NCBI GenBank assembly: GCA_041651015.1
Contig: JBAZKA010000003.1
Coordinates: 42,572 to 106,571, forward strand
Length of the DNA stretch: 64,000 nucleotides
Direction: 5' to 3'
Source of the DNA: Patescibacteria group bacterium
Lineage (GTDB): Bacteria; Patescibacteriota; Patescibacteriia; Magasanikbacterales; GWA2-37-8
The position numbers and the translations under genes are program-made. Position 1 is the first letter of the stretch. Each line of letters opens with the position of its first letter. The notes under the pieces were generated by a model that saw only the letters and a list, made by a program, of their open reading frames with translations, did not search any database and was not told the origin of the DNA. Below, piece by piece: positions 44,913 through 53,544 of this stretch.

Positions 44913-45764
44913 TTACTTTTCTATGATATCAACACTGGTTATTTTTATGGGATTTAGCGGAACGGATTTTTCCGTACCATAATCATTCATCCGAACCGGC
45001 GCCTCGGCGATTTCATCCACCGCTTCCATGCCGGAGACAACGTGCCCGAAAATTACATAATCTTTTTGCAAGCCAACATCCGCGTGCATGATAAAAAATT
45101 GACTGCCGTTGGTATTGGCGCCCGAGTTGGCCATGGCCACGGTACCGCGCGTATACTCACCTTCAAAATATTCATCCGCGAATTTATAGCCCGGCCCACC
45201 CGTACCATCTCCCTTGGGGTCGCCACCCTGAATCATAAATCCTTTAATAGCGCGGTGAAAAACCGTGTTGTTATAAAATCCTTCTTTGGACAGATAAACA
45301 AAATTATTGACCGTAATCGGGGTCATCTTGGTGTCCAAAACAATTTCAATATCACCCGCCTCGGTATGAAGCACGGCAATATAATTTTTTGATTGATCAA
45401 CTGTCATCGGCGGCGTATCCATATTATTTGATTGTTGGGTTTGCGTTGGCTGGCCCGATGATGAAGATTCTTCCGCGGAAGACGTACTCGCGGCTACACC
45501 CGGTTGGGATTTACCGGAGGCAATATCATCAAGCCGGCTATCCAGCATTTTATCAGCGTTTTCAAAGGTTGCCGTTTCATCTTCGGATGGCAACGATCTG
45601 GGCGTTTGATAACTGCCGGAAAATACCACGCATCCCGAACAAGTTAAAATAAATAAAATTAAATAAATTGAAAAAAATTTCGCACGGAACATAAGTATAT
45701 TCATTTTACCCCAAAAACACGGATAAGAAAAGACCCCGAAGAACATCTCCCTTGATTCAGCCAA
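44913..45764 (-). CDS. exported cyclophilin-type peptidyl-prolyl cis-trans isomerase
   Basis: 'FHRAIKGFMIQGGDP' and 'GTVAMANSG...NGSQFFI'. N-terminal signal or lipobox 'ILTCSGC'. Ser/Thr/Gln-rich linker. Confidence 0.85.
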   Translation of the reverse strand: MAESREMFFGVFSYPCFWGKMNILMFRAKFFSIYLILFILTCSGCVVFSGSYQTPRSLPSEDETATFENADKMLDSRLDDIASGKSQPGVAASTSSAEESSSSGQPTQTQQSNNMDTPPMTVDQSKNYIAVLHTEAGDIEIVLDTKMTPITVNNFVYLSKEGFYNNTVFHRAIKGFMIQGGDPKGDGTGGPGYKFADEYFEGEYTRGTVAMANSGANTNGSQFFIMHADVGLQKDYVIFGHVVSGMEAVDEIAEAPVRMNDYGTEKSVPLNPIKITSVDIIEK

Positions 45765-45833
45765 AAATGTGTTATTGGCCGAACCTTGTTTGACGTCTGC
45801 GAGGCCGCCGAAAACGCCGAGCGTTTTACAGCA

Positions 45834-46247
45834 CTAACTCGGAACTCCCTCAAAAACCGATACGCCATCATTCGGTGCTCCGTTGGTGTTGCCAAAGTCA
45901 ACGCGTGAGCGCGCGACTCGGGCGCGTTTGGGTATCGGCAAATGCCGACCCATTTGGTTGAGATGCGAAAGAACGAGGCGTACTTCATCGGGAACCAGTG
46001 TACGCCCCGAAACCATGAAGTACATTACGTCTTCCCACCGCTTGCCAATGCTATCGCGCGGATCCGATTGCCTGTCGCACGACCCCCGCCTTTTGGCTGT
46101 GGCCAAAAGCGCGGTCAACGTTTTATGCACCTCGCTTTCTTTCATCTCTCCGGATGAAACCTTTTGCCTCGTCCGCACCCATTCGGCGCGGACCGAGAGC
46201 GTCCCCAATTCATGCGACGTCACGCTGATAGAACTCATTGTCGCCAT
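45834..46247 (-). CDS. GC-rich ORFan (137 aa, Arg-rich) with perfect Shine-Dalgarno; possible horizontally acquired gene
   Basis: 'aaaaaaGGAGGtgcgctATG'. GC is visibly about 55-58% against about 44% in the flanks. No motif recognised. Confidence 0.45.
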   Translation of the reverse strand: MATMSSISVTSHELGTLSVRAEWVRTRQKVSSGEMKESEVHKTLTALLATAKRRGSCDRQSDPRDSIGKRWEDVMYFMVSGRTLVPDEVRLVLSHLNQMGRHLPIPKRARVARSRVDFGNTNGAPNDGVSVFEGVPS

Positions 46248-46342
46248 AGCGCACCTCCTTTTTTGGCGAACAGCTAAACTTTTACGCGCACCATTGCGCG
46301 AAGAAGTTCCGTTTTGAAAGGACGATACCTGTCATTTGTAGT

Positions 46343-46372
46343 ATAACACAAAGCCGGGCATAGTCACCCGGC
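46343..46372 (-). terminator. rho-independent terminator of the ZIP transporter gene
   Basis: Minus strand: 'gccgggtgactatgcccggc' followed by 'tttgtgtt'. Confidence 0.6.
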
Positions 46373-46402
46373 GTTGTCAAGATTTCACACGATTACAGGG
46401 TA

Positions 46403-47164
46403 TTAATTACCGTGGTTGCATTTAAACACAAACATCAACGCGACGCCGCCAAAAAAACAAATAAAAGCAACCAAAGATTTTATGAATTTTGACTCCTTGT
46501 GCAATTCCGGAATCAAATCCGAAGCGGAAATGTAAATAAAACCGCCGGCCGTCAAAGCTGTGAGCAAAGGAATTATTCCTTGGATGGTATTAACCAGAGC
46601 AAAACCGCACAACGCTCCAATAACGGCAAAAATTCCAGAGAGGAAATTAAATAAAAGGGCCTTAAATTTTGTAAAGCCTCCATAAATAAGAACGCCAAAA
46701 TCGGAAATCTCTTGCGGTATCTCGTGTAATATTACTCCGACGGTCGTGGCCACGCCCAATTCAAAACTTAAGGAAAAAGAGGCGACAATTACCACGCCGT
46801 CAATAAAATTATGGAACACGTCGCCAAACAGATTTAGATATGTAAAAGGATGAACCTCGCAATCCCCGCCATGTTTGTGACAATGATGCCAGTGCAAAAT
46901 TCGTTCTAAAATAAAAAATAACGCAAAACCGACAAGCACGGCGATAAATATATTTTGAATGTCGCCGGCGCCTTTCGCGCTTTCCAACGCTTCCGGTAAT
47001 AGATTCAGGAAAGCGCCACCCATGAGCGAACCGGCCGAAACCGCCACCAGATAAAAAACAATTTTATTTAAAATTTTGTCTTTTAAAAATAAAGTCAAAA
47101 TACCGGCAAACGAGATGGCGCTCACCGCAAACGTGGCGACAACGGAATAAAATAACACATCCAT
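46403..47164 (-). CDS. zupT: ZIP-family zinc transporter (ZupT-like)
   Basis: 8 TM helices, His-rich loop 'HWHHCHKHGGDCEVH', and 'HEIPQEISDFGVL'. Confidence 0.8.
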   Translation of the reverse strand: MDVLFYSVVATFAVSAISFAGILTLFLKDKILNKIVFYLVAVSAGSLMGGAFLNLLPEALESAKGAGDIQNIFIAVLVGFALFFILERILHWHHCHKHGGDCEVHPFTYLNLFGDVFHNFIDGVVIVASFSLSFELGVATTVGVILHEIPQEISDFGVLIYGGFTKFKALLFNFLSGIFAVIGALCGFALVNTIQGIIPLLTALTAGGFIYISASDLIPELHKESKFIKSLVAFICFFGGVALMFVFKCNHGN

Positions 47165-47180
47165 AAAATTACAAATTACT

Positions 47181-47555
47181 TCAGGCGCATTTATTGCACA
47201 CGCCGGTTAAGGTTAAATGATGAAAAACATCCTTGAAATTTTTGAATCTTCCGAAATCATGGTGGCATTTTATCGCTTCCATATAACCGCATTTCTTGCA
47301 AATAATATGGTGATGCGGTTCATCGGCCAAGCAATAAATTTTTTCTTTACCTATGATTTCAACATTCACCAGATGTAATTCTTCAAATAAATTTAATGTT
47401 CTATAAATTGATGCTTGGTCGCAATGTTTGATATGTTTGTGAATATCTCTGGCCGATCCGGCCGCGTGATGACCGGACAAATATTCTAAAACAGCCAAAC
47501 GCGATTTGGTTAATTTATATCCGTCACCCGCCAGTTTTTGTTTAAGTTTCTCCAT
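47181..47555 (-). CDS. zur: Fur-family metalloregulator, probably Zur
   Basis: 'SRLAVLEYL...SARDIHKHIKHCDQASIYRTLNLFEE', 'HHHIICKKCG', and a C-terminal 'C..C'. 16 bp upstream of zupT. Confidence 0.8.
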   Translation of the reverse strand: MEKLKQKLAGDGYKLTKSRLAVLEYLSGHHAAGSARDIHKHIKHCDQASIYRTLNLFEELHLVNVEIIGKEKIYCLADEPHHHIICKKCGYMEAIKCHHDFGRFKNFKDVFHHLTLTGVCNKCA

Positions 47556-47577
47556 AGCGGGATAAGCTTAACACAAA

Positions 47578-47592
47578 TGCGAACGGTTCGCA
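47578..47592. promoter_or_regulatory. 15-bp perfect palindrome TGCGAACgGTTCGCA in the zur promoter region (candidate Zur/Fur box)
   Basis: 7-1-7 palindrome located 23 to 37 bp upstream of the zur start codon. Confidence 0.45.
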
Positions 47593-47629
47593 AGTGGATA
47601 ACTCCCCCGCCATGCTTTTTAATTTTACT

Positions 47630-49567
47630 CTATTGAAGAGGCTGAATCTGAATATCGGATTCTTCAGCCGTGGATGACGCAATATCATCTTCAGACGAAA
47701 AGATCTCGCCGGTTTCCTCATAAACGGCCGAGGTAATTTCCACTCTCCCATTTTGAAATTCTTGACGCTTTAAATTTTTCGGTTCTTGCAAATAGATTAT
47801 TTCCGCGTTATCACCGGCTTTGGCATCCAATAAAAACAAAGAATTAATTTCCACCGAGCTTCTGTCTTCGGATTCAACCACTGCTTCCTCGGTTTTTAGA
47901 TCAAAGGCGGATACTTCGGCGTAGCCGGATGTTTTAATTTGTAATTTGCGCACCGTACCACCAAGCGTGACGCTGGAAAATACACCGGCGTCAATTTCTA
48001 TTGTCTCGGAGTTTAATTCCTGGGCTATTAATCGTCCATTTCCTTCCAGCACGGCTTTTAAAATTTTCGGACTCCCCACCACTTCCAAACTACCATTTGT
48101 TCCGGCAATGTAGCTCGTCATTGTGGTACTGCTGGAAAAAACTTTAACATCCGCCGATTCACCAACATTAACTTTTATGTCTTTGCCAAAATCCGCTACC
48201 TCGGCATTTACTCTATCAAAAGCAATGAATGAATCCAATGCCGAAGCAGTTATCACAATTTTCGCTCTTTTTTCAAAACAAAATATACAGAAAGTTTTGT
48301 CTTTGCGCGACTGGGTAATTTTAAGTTCGCCGTCCACAGTCTCATATTTATATTCTTTCAGAGCATCCTTGTCGCCTGTGACAGTGACGGTAAACTTATC
48401 ACCCGGCACCACTTTAACATCAGTCAAACCGCCCACGCGAATTTTGTTTACGTTATCAAATGAATAATTTTCACTAACGGTATTTTGCGCGATTCGTTGA
48501 TCATATTTATCCTTGGCCAACGGCACAATTTGCAGGGTTGACACTGTGACCGCCACCAACGACACTATCCACAAAATAATCAATAGAATAGTGCTTTTCA
48601 AGCGAAACAAATTTTTGCGGTTCATCAAACTAACACTGACAATTAGTAAAAATATCAGCGGGATTGACGCGGTCAAATATGCGCCCGCCAAACCCGCGTA
48701 ATAATATGCCGTGCCGGTAATCTCCCGAAGCGGAATATCCGATATCAAATACGGCGAATTGATGTTGAAGAGCAAGATTCCAATCACCATGGTCAAGCCA
48801 ATAACCGCGCCGGCCGCGCCTAAACACAAACCCACGCCAATCAGAATGCTAATTATCGGCAGAATTATTTTTAAAGTTTTTTTTAGAAACATTACAACAT
48901 GACGAATAACGTCAATCGGAAAAGAAAGAATTTTATTAATCCACTTACGATTATTCTGCCAGGCATTTTTCCCTTCATGCGCCATTTGCGTGGTTTTTTC
49001 TTTAACCACTTGTTCCAATTTTTGTAAATTCACCGGCCGTCCGCGCATTTCTAATTTTTGCGAATTTGTTTCCGCTGTCGGCATCACCAGCCACAAAACT
49101 AAATAGGCCAGCAAACCAATGCCGTTAGCAAACAGCAAAACAATAAAAATGATACGAACATAAACCGGATCAATGCCAAAATACGCCGCCAATCCCGAAC
49201 AGACGCCGGCGATAATCATATCATCGGGATTGCGATACAGCCGGCGAGACGATTTGCCCTCCCGCGAATCCGACTTTGACGACACTCCCGCCTCCGCCCC
49301 CGTATTCTCCTGAGCGAACTCTTCCACTGTTCCCATTATTTTTATTGCCTCTTCAACATCGGCCAAAGTAATTGTTTGTTTGGCCACACTGAGCCGCGCA
49401 GAAAATTTTTCCGCTAAATTTGATTCAATATCGGTTAAGATTTCCCGACTGTCATCCGAACTATAATGATTCTTGATGGAATCAAGATAATTATTCAACT
49501 CGGCAAAAGCATCTTCTTCAATATTGAATACCATGCCGCTCAAACTGATATTAAAATATTTCTTCAT
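47630..49567 (-). CDS. PspC-domain membrane protein with long C-terminal beta-rich (DUF4097/toastrack-like) domain
   Basis: 'RLYRNPDDMIIAGVCSGLAAYFGIDPVYVRIIFIVLLF' is the PspC motif. Multiple TM helices. Confidence 0.8.
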   Translation of the reverse strand: MKKYFNISLSGMVFNIEEDAFAELNNYLDSIKNHYSSDDSREILTDIESNLAEKFSARLSVAKQTITLADVEEAIKIMGTVEEFAQENTGAEAGVSSKSDSREGKSSRRLYRNPDDMIIAGVCSGLAAYFGIDPVYVRIIFIVLLFANGIGLLAYLVLWLVMPTAETNSQKLEMRGRPVNLQKLEQVVKEKTTQMAHEGKNAWQNNRKWINKILSFPIDVIRHVVMFLKKTLKIILPIISILIGVGLCLGAAGAVIGLTMVIGILLFNINSPYLISDIPLREITGTAYYYAGLAGAYLTASIPLIFLLIVSVSLMNRKNLFRLKSTILLIILWIVSLVAVTVSTLQIVPLAKDKYDQRIAQNTVSENYSFDNVNKIRVGGLTDVKVVPGDKFTVTVTGDKDALKEYKYETVDGELKITQSRKDKTFCIFCFEKRAKIVITASALDSFIAFDRVNAEVADFGKDIKVNVGESADVKVFSSSTTMTSYIAGTNGSLEVVGSPKILKAVLEGNGRLIAQELNSETIEIDAGVFSSVTLGGTVRKLQIKTSGYAEVSAFDLKTEEAVVESEDRSSVEINSLFLLDAKAGDNAEIIYLQEPKNLKRQEFQNGRVEITSAVYEETGEIFSSEDDIASSTAEESDIQIQPLQ

Positions 49568-49580
49568 ACGTTAAAATTAT

Positions 49581-49937
49581 TTATTTATATTTTTTAAGAA
49601 GAGAATTTAAAGATTTATCCAAAGATTGCCAAGTCTTGGATAATTGTTTCAAAACCGCGCCGCCTTCAGGCGTCAAAGTATAATACTTGCGCGGCGGTCC
49701 GCTCTTGCTCTCCTCCCAATCATAGGCCAAGAGACCGGAATTTTTTAACCGAGCGAGCAAAGGATAAACCGTACCTTCCACCACAAGCAAATCCGCCTTC
49801 TTCAATTCTTTCAAAATATCCGAAGCGTAAATTTTTTCTTGGGAGATGACGAGCAAAACACAAAACTCCAAAATGCCCTTGCGCATTTGGGCTTTGGTAT
49901 TTTCCACGTTAAATTCTAATTTTTGTTCCGTGTCCAT
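49581..49937 (-). CDS. PadR-family transcriptional regulator
   Basis: 'ILEFCVLLVISQEKIYASDILKEL...GTVYPLLARLKNSGLL...PRKYYTLT'. Confidence 0.85.
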   Translation of the reverse strand: MDTEQKLEFNVENTKAQMRKGILEFCVLLVISQEKIYASDILKELKKADLLVVEGTVYPLLARLKNSGLLAYDWEESKSGPPRKYYTLTPEGGAVLKQLSKTWQSLDKSLNSLLKKYK

Positions 49938-50082
49938 AAGATGACAATTAATTCTATTTACAGTATACCACTAACTACCGTGTAATGCAAGGTAGCAGGT
50001 TATCCACAGGGTATGAATATAAAAAAAGCCCGACAATAAACCGGGTAACCTCCCTACTCCAATACTATATAGTCATTGTGGT

Positions 50083-50331
50083 TTATTTGTCTTTATCACC
50101 CCAACGCCAACCGGGCTTTTCGCCCGTCTTGTAACAAATGTAAATCAATAAACCGGACAAAACGAAAACCGAGAGAATATAAATGACCAAATATTTTTCA
50201 ATATCTGATTCAAAAATGTAAATTAACGAAACAAGAATGGCGGTATATAACAATAACACCAGCCACCCTTGCCATGTGGCGGGATACCAGCCAAAACCGT
50301 ATTTCTTAGCTTTGAACCAGAGAGTTTTCAT
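50083..50331 (-). CDS. small 2-TM membrane protein (82 aa), hypothetical
   Basis: ORF with two hydrophobic helices. Confidence 0.4.
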   Translation of the reverse strand: MKTLWFKAKKYGFGWYPATWQGWLVLLLYTAILVSLIYIFESDIEKYLVIYILSVFVLSGLLIYICYKTGEKPGWRWGDKDK

Positions 50332-50471
50332 AATGTATTAACAATACCATAAATATACGATTCCGTGAATATGAAATTTTGCTCTATTGTAAACAAAAAA
50401 CGGAACCTATTGAAGTGAGGTTCCGTAAAAAAAATAATTTGCAGCAAAAGAACTAAATCTAAATCCAAAAA

Positions 50472-51125
50472 CTATTTTGAAAGTGATTGCAAGACAACCC
50501 ATTTAACATCATCCGCGGCTTCAATCTCTCTATGTGAGGGGGTTTCAAACGTAAATACCTCTTCATCTTTGGGAATATAACGTCTTACCCCACGAAATTT
50601 TGTTTTACCGATGAATTTATCAAGAGAAGTTTCCATCACTCCTGGCATCCGGTTGCAGCTGGTAGCGTGAACAATCGTTCCGTCGCCAGAAGCGATACCG
50701 ACATGCCCGACGCCGCACGCAGGGTCGTCGCGATAATAATTAATCCATCCGGAAACGAACACAACATCACCCGCGATAATGTCATTAATGCCGATTGTCT
50801 CGCCGAATTCATATTGCTGAATTGACCGTCGTGGCAGCCAGATACCGCGCTGAGCGTAAAGCCACTTGATGAAACTGGAACAATCGACGATCGCCGGAGC
50901 CTCAACTAACCGGGCACCTCGACGGTATTTAGAAATGCCGATGCACTGCCGAGCGAGCGTGACAATGTCCACTTCCACCAATGAAAAACCTTTTTGACTT
51001 AATATAATCAAAGCTTCCTCGCGCGAAATCGGCAGATGCAGAGAACTAAGGGAGACCGCGCAACGATTGGCAACAGCTCGATAATCCATCTTTTCCTCCT
51101 CAGTGGTATTTTGATTAAAGGACAA
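50472..51125 (-). CDS. NlpC/P60 (C40) family cell-wall peptidase
   Basis: 'AIVDCSSFIKWLY' (Cys), 'GHVGIASGDGTIVHATS' (His...His). Confidence 0.7.
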   Translation of the reverse strand: MSFNQNTTEEEKMDYRAVANRCAVSLSSLHLPISREEALIILSQKGFSLVEVDIVTLARQCIGISKYRRGARLVEAPAIVDCSSFIKWLYAQRGIWLPRRSIQQYEFGETIGINDIIAGDVVFVSGWINYYRDDPACGVGHVGIASGDGTIVHATSCNRMPGVMETSLDKFIGKTKFRGVRRYIPKDEEVFTFETPSHREIEAADDVKWVVLQSLSK

Positions 51126-51276
51126 TAAAAAAACCCGCCCCAGTCGGGCAGATTTTGAGACTTAGAATATTCAAAGTCTACCCACTAGGTCAGGAGGATA
51201 AAAGATACGCCAACAAAGCTAGACCAGGTTTTTATTTGATGATTGTGCATCATAAACACACCATTATTTCTGCCGC

Positions 51277-51360
51277 GGAAGGAGAGGGATTCGAACCCTC
51301 GATACCTTTCGGTATACATGCTTTCCAAGCATGCGCCATCGACCACTAGGCGACCCTTCC
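51277..51360 (-). tRNA. tRNA-Ser (anticodon GGA), type II with long variable arm
   Basis: Minus strand: 'GGAAGGGtcGCCtagtggtcgatGGCgCATGCttGGAaaGCATGtataccgaaaggtatcGAGGGttcgaatCCCTCtccttccG'. Folds as a cloverleaf with a 7-bp acceptor stem, T-loop TTCGAAT, and discriminator G. Confidence 0.85.
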
Positions 51361-51364
51361 AATT

Positions 51365-52183
51365 TTATTTTTGTTGTTTGATTCTACCCCAAACACGCCA
51401 TAAAGTCAAGATGATAAAAAACCCAACAATCCCCCACTGCGCCGGAGTTAAATGCCAATACCGCGCATCGGCGCCAATAACGTCATCGGCCCGAAGAAAA
51501 TCCAAAAAAAATCTGCCGAACGCGTAAAGCATAAACCCGAATACGGGTGAACCGACTTTTTTTATCACCCGAACACGGCGCGTGAATAATAAAATGAAAA
51601 AAATAATCAATGCCAGAATGGAATCCATCAGCCCCAAATCATAACGCGCGCCATAAGGAAAATTCACGGACAAGAAAAAATTCGTCAGACGTCCGACGTG
51701 GTCGTGAATCAAAAAACATCCGATGCGTCCAATCGCCCAGCCCAACCAAAAATATATGCCGATAATTTCCGCGTATGGTCTGAAATCCGTCCATTTTATT
51801 TTTTTATTTTTTAGAAATATCCAAAGACCGGCCAGCGCTCCCGCAAATCCACCAAGAGAAGACGCCCCGCCGTGCCAAATTTTTAGAATTTCCGCGGGAT
51901 TTTCCCAATAATAAATTGGTTCGTAAAAAATAATGTGAAAAATTCTGGCGCCGATGAAACCGCCGAAAATCAGCCAAAAGAATACGCTCCACATGGTCTC
52001 GGGATTCAAGATGACGCCCTCCTGGATTCCCGCCTTCGCGGGAATGACACGAACGGACGCTTTCATAATTTCCCGCAAACAAAAAAATAAAGCAATGAGC
52101 GCGCCCAGCGCCACGCAAATCCCCCAGACCTGCAGGGTAATCGGTCCGAGCGAAATTGTTTGCCAAGAAAAATACGGGATCAT
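51365..52183 (-). CDS. lgt: prolipoprotein diacylglyceryl transferase Lgt, carrying an in-frame repeat-element insertion in the TM1-TM2 loop
   Basis: 'ISLGPITLQVWGICVALGALIALFF', 'FFWLIFGGFIGARIFHIIFYEP', 'HGGASSLGGFAGA'. Loop residues 45-55 'RVIPAKAGIQE' are encoded by repeat 52024-52050. Confidence 0.85.
   Translation of the reverse strand: MIPYFSWQTISLGPITLQVWGICVALGALIALFFCLREIMKASVRVIPAKAGIQEGVILNPETMWSVFFWLIFGGFIGARIFHIIFYEPIYYWENPAEILKIWHGGASSLGGFAGALAGLWIFLKNKKIKWTDFRPYAEIIGIYFWLGWAIGRIGCFLIHDHVGRLTNFFLSVNFPYGARYDLGLMDSILALIIFFILLFTRRVRVIKKVGSPVFGFMLYAFGRFFLDFLRADDVIGADARYWHLTPAQWGIVGFFIILTLWRVWGRIKQQK
52024..52050. repeat. module-B palindromic repeat GGATTCCCGCCTTCGCGGGAATGACAC inside the lgt coding sequence (in frame)
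   Basis: Identical core at 7845-7870 and 58568-58615. The ATTCCC-N8-GGGAAT hairpin is encoded as VIPAKAGIQ. Confidence 0.7.
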
Positions 52184-53538
52184 TTTTGTCTAACGAGATT
52201 CAACAGCTCATTAATATCATCAGTGACACGGCAAAGTTCACGATCGCCGTGGCTGATCGTTTTGAAATCCGTATACATTACATTGATAAAATCCAAAAGC
52301 GGTTGCCAAAACTCACGGCCGTAAAGCACGAGCGGCATGGGTTCAACTTTTTTTGTTTCCACTAAGGTCAAAAGTTCAAATAATTGGTGAAGAGTACCAT
52401 ACCCGCCCGGAAAAAACGCAAAACCATGCGATGGCGCGGTGATAATTAATTTGCGCACGAATGGAAAAGTAAAACCAATAGTCCGTGACAAATAATTATT
52501 CCGGCGTTCCACTCCGCGCACACGCATATTAATACCAACACTCTCGCCGCCGGATTCATAAGCGCCACGGCTGACCGCTTCCATGATACCCGGACCGCCG
52601 CCGGTAATAGTCATATAGCCGTTCAACGCGAGTTCCCGGCCAAGATTGCGCGCATCTTCATAATATTTTGTGCCCGGCATGATGCTTTTGGTACCAAGCA
52701 CGGTGACATCATTTTTTACTTTATTCAAAAATTCAAAACCCTCCACCAATTCGGCCATAATCCGAAATATTCTCCACTCCACCTCGCGTTTATCCGCGCC
52801 GTGCAAATCAAAATCATTGGGTCGGTCGGTCGTATTTTTTATTAAATTAAAAGCATCCTCCGCGGTATCCACTACATGCCAATTTTTCAAATCCGCTTCC
52901 ACAATCGCGTTTGCGATTTGGCCGGATTTTTCCCGCAAAAATTTTAAAATTGGATTCCAAAAATCCGAACCGACCAGCACTACCGGCACGTCCGGCATAT
53001 AGCCCTGTTCAATCAAATCCACCACTTCAAAAAATTCATCCAAAGTGCCAAATCCTCCCGGGAAAAACACGAAGGCGTTGGCCGGCGAAGTGAGCATTAC
53101 TTTGCGAGTGAAGAAATAATAAAACGCGGCCGATTCTTTGACATACGGGTTGATACGCTGTTCAAACGGCAGTTGAATGTTGAGGCCGATTGATTCACCG
53201 CCGGCTTCAAAAGCGCCGCGGTTGGCCGCTTCCATGATACCCGGACCGCCGCCGGTAATGGTGGTAAAATTATTTTTGGCCAACAAACGCCCAAGTTCAA
53301 CCGCTATTTTATAATATTTGGAATTTGGCGTAATGCGCGCCGAGCCCAAAATCGTCACTTCATTTTTCAATTTGCCCAAAAATTCAAAACCTTCCACGAA
53401 CTCAGACATAATTTTAAAAATCCGCCATGATTCGCGGTAATCAACAGCCGCGCCGGCAGTGGCGATTTTTTGTTCCTCGGTAAAATCATGGACCTCGGGC
53501 AAATTTTTTAGTTCTTCTACGGCAATTTTCTGGGACAT
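52180..53538 (-). CDS. tandem double LOG-family (TIGR00730 / lysine-decarboxylase-like) protein
   Basis: Two full repeats: 'TITGGGPGIMEAANRGAFEAGGESIGLNIQLPFEQ...' and 'MTITGGGPGIMEAVSRGAYESGGESVGINMRV...', each with 'FFPGG(F/Y)GTL(D/H)E(F/L)FE' C-terminal motifs. Confidence 0.75.
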   Translation of the reverse strand: MSQKIAVEELKNLPEVHDFTEEQKIATAGAAVDYRESWRIFKIMSEFVEGFEFLGKLKNEVTILGSARITPNSKYYKIAVELGRLLAKNNFTTITGGGPGIMEAANRGAFEAGGESIGLNIQLPFEQRINPYVKESAAFYYFFTRKVMLTSPANAFVFFPGGFGTLDEFFEVVDLIEQGYMPDVPVVLVGSDFWNPILKFLREKSGQIANAIVEADLKNWHVVDTAEDAFNLIKNTTDRPNDFDLHGADKREVEWRIFRIMAELVEGFEFLNKVKNDVTVLGTKSIMPGTKYYEDARNLGRELALNGYMTITGGGPGIMEAVSRGAYESGGESVGINMRVRGVERRNNYLSRTIGFTFPFVRKLIITAPSHGFAFFPGGYGTLHQLFELLTLVETKKVEPMPLVLYGREFWQPLLDFINVMYTDFKTISHGDRELCRVTDDINELLNLVRQK

Positions 53539-53544
53539 ATTTTT

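Noticed and set aside
45701-46317. Additional ORFs (45701-45988 minus, 45883-46317 plus, 45942-46157 plus) in the GC-rich island
   Set aside because: Mutually overlapping. Only the 45834-46247 minus ORF has a start with a consensus SD. The others are probably high-GC artefacts, but the region remains ambiguous.
45780-46400. Possibility that the GC-rich island is RNase P RNA, tmRNA or SRP RNA
   Set aside because: I could not find the P4 GGAAAGUCCGG / ACAGAANCCGGCUUA motifs, a tmRNA tag ORF with a tRNA-like 3' end, or the SRP GGAAGCAGCC motif by eye. Not called.
51155-51349. 64-aa plus-strand ORF ending ...EGEGFEPSIPFGIHAFQACAIDH
   Set aside because: This is the reverse-complement translation of the tRNA-Ser gene (the T-loop GGTTCGAATCC gives the FEPS-type peptide).
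51804-52166. 120-aa alternate-frame ORF inside lgt (contains SCHSREGGNPGG)
   Set aside because: An out-of-frame reading of lgt and the embedded repeat, not a gene.
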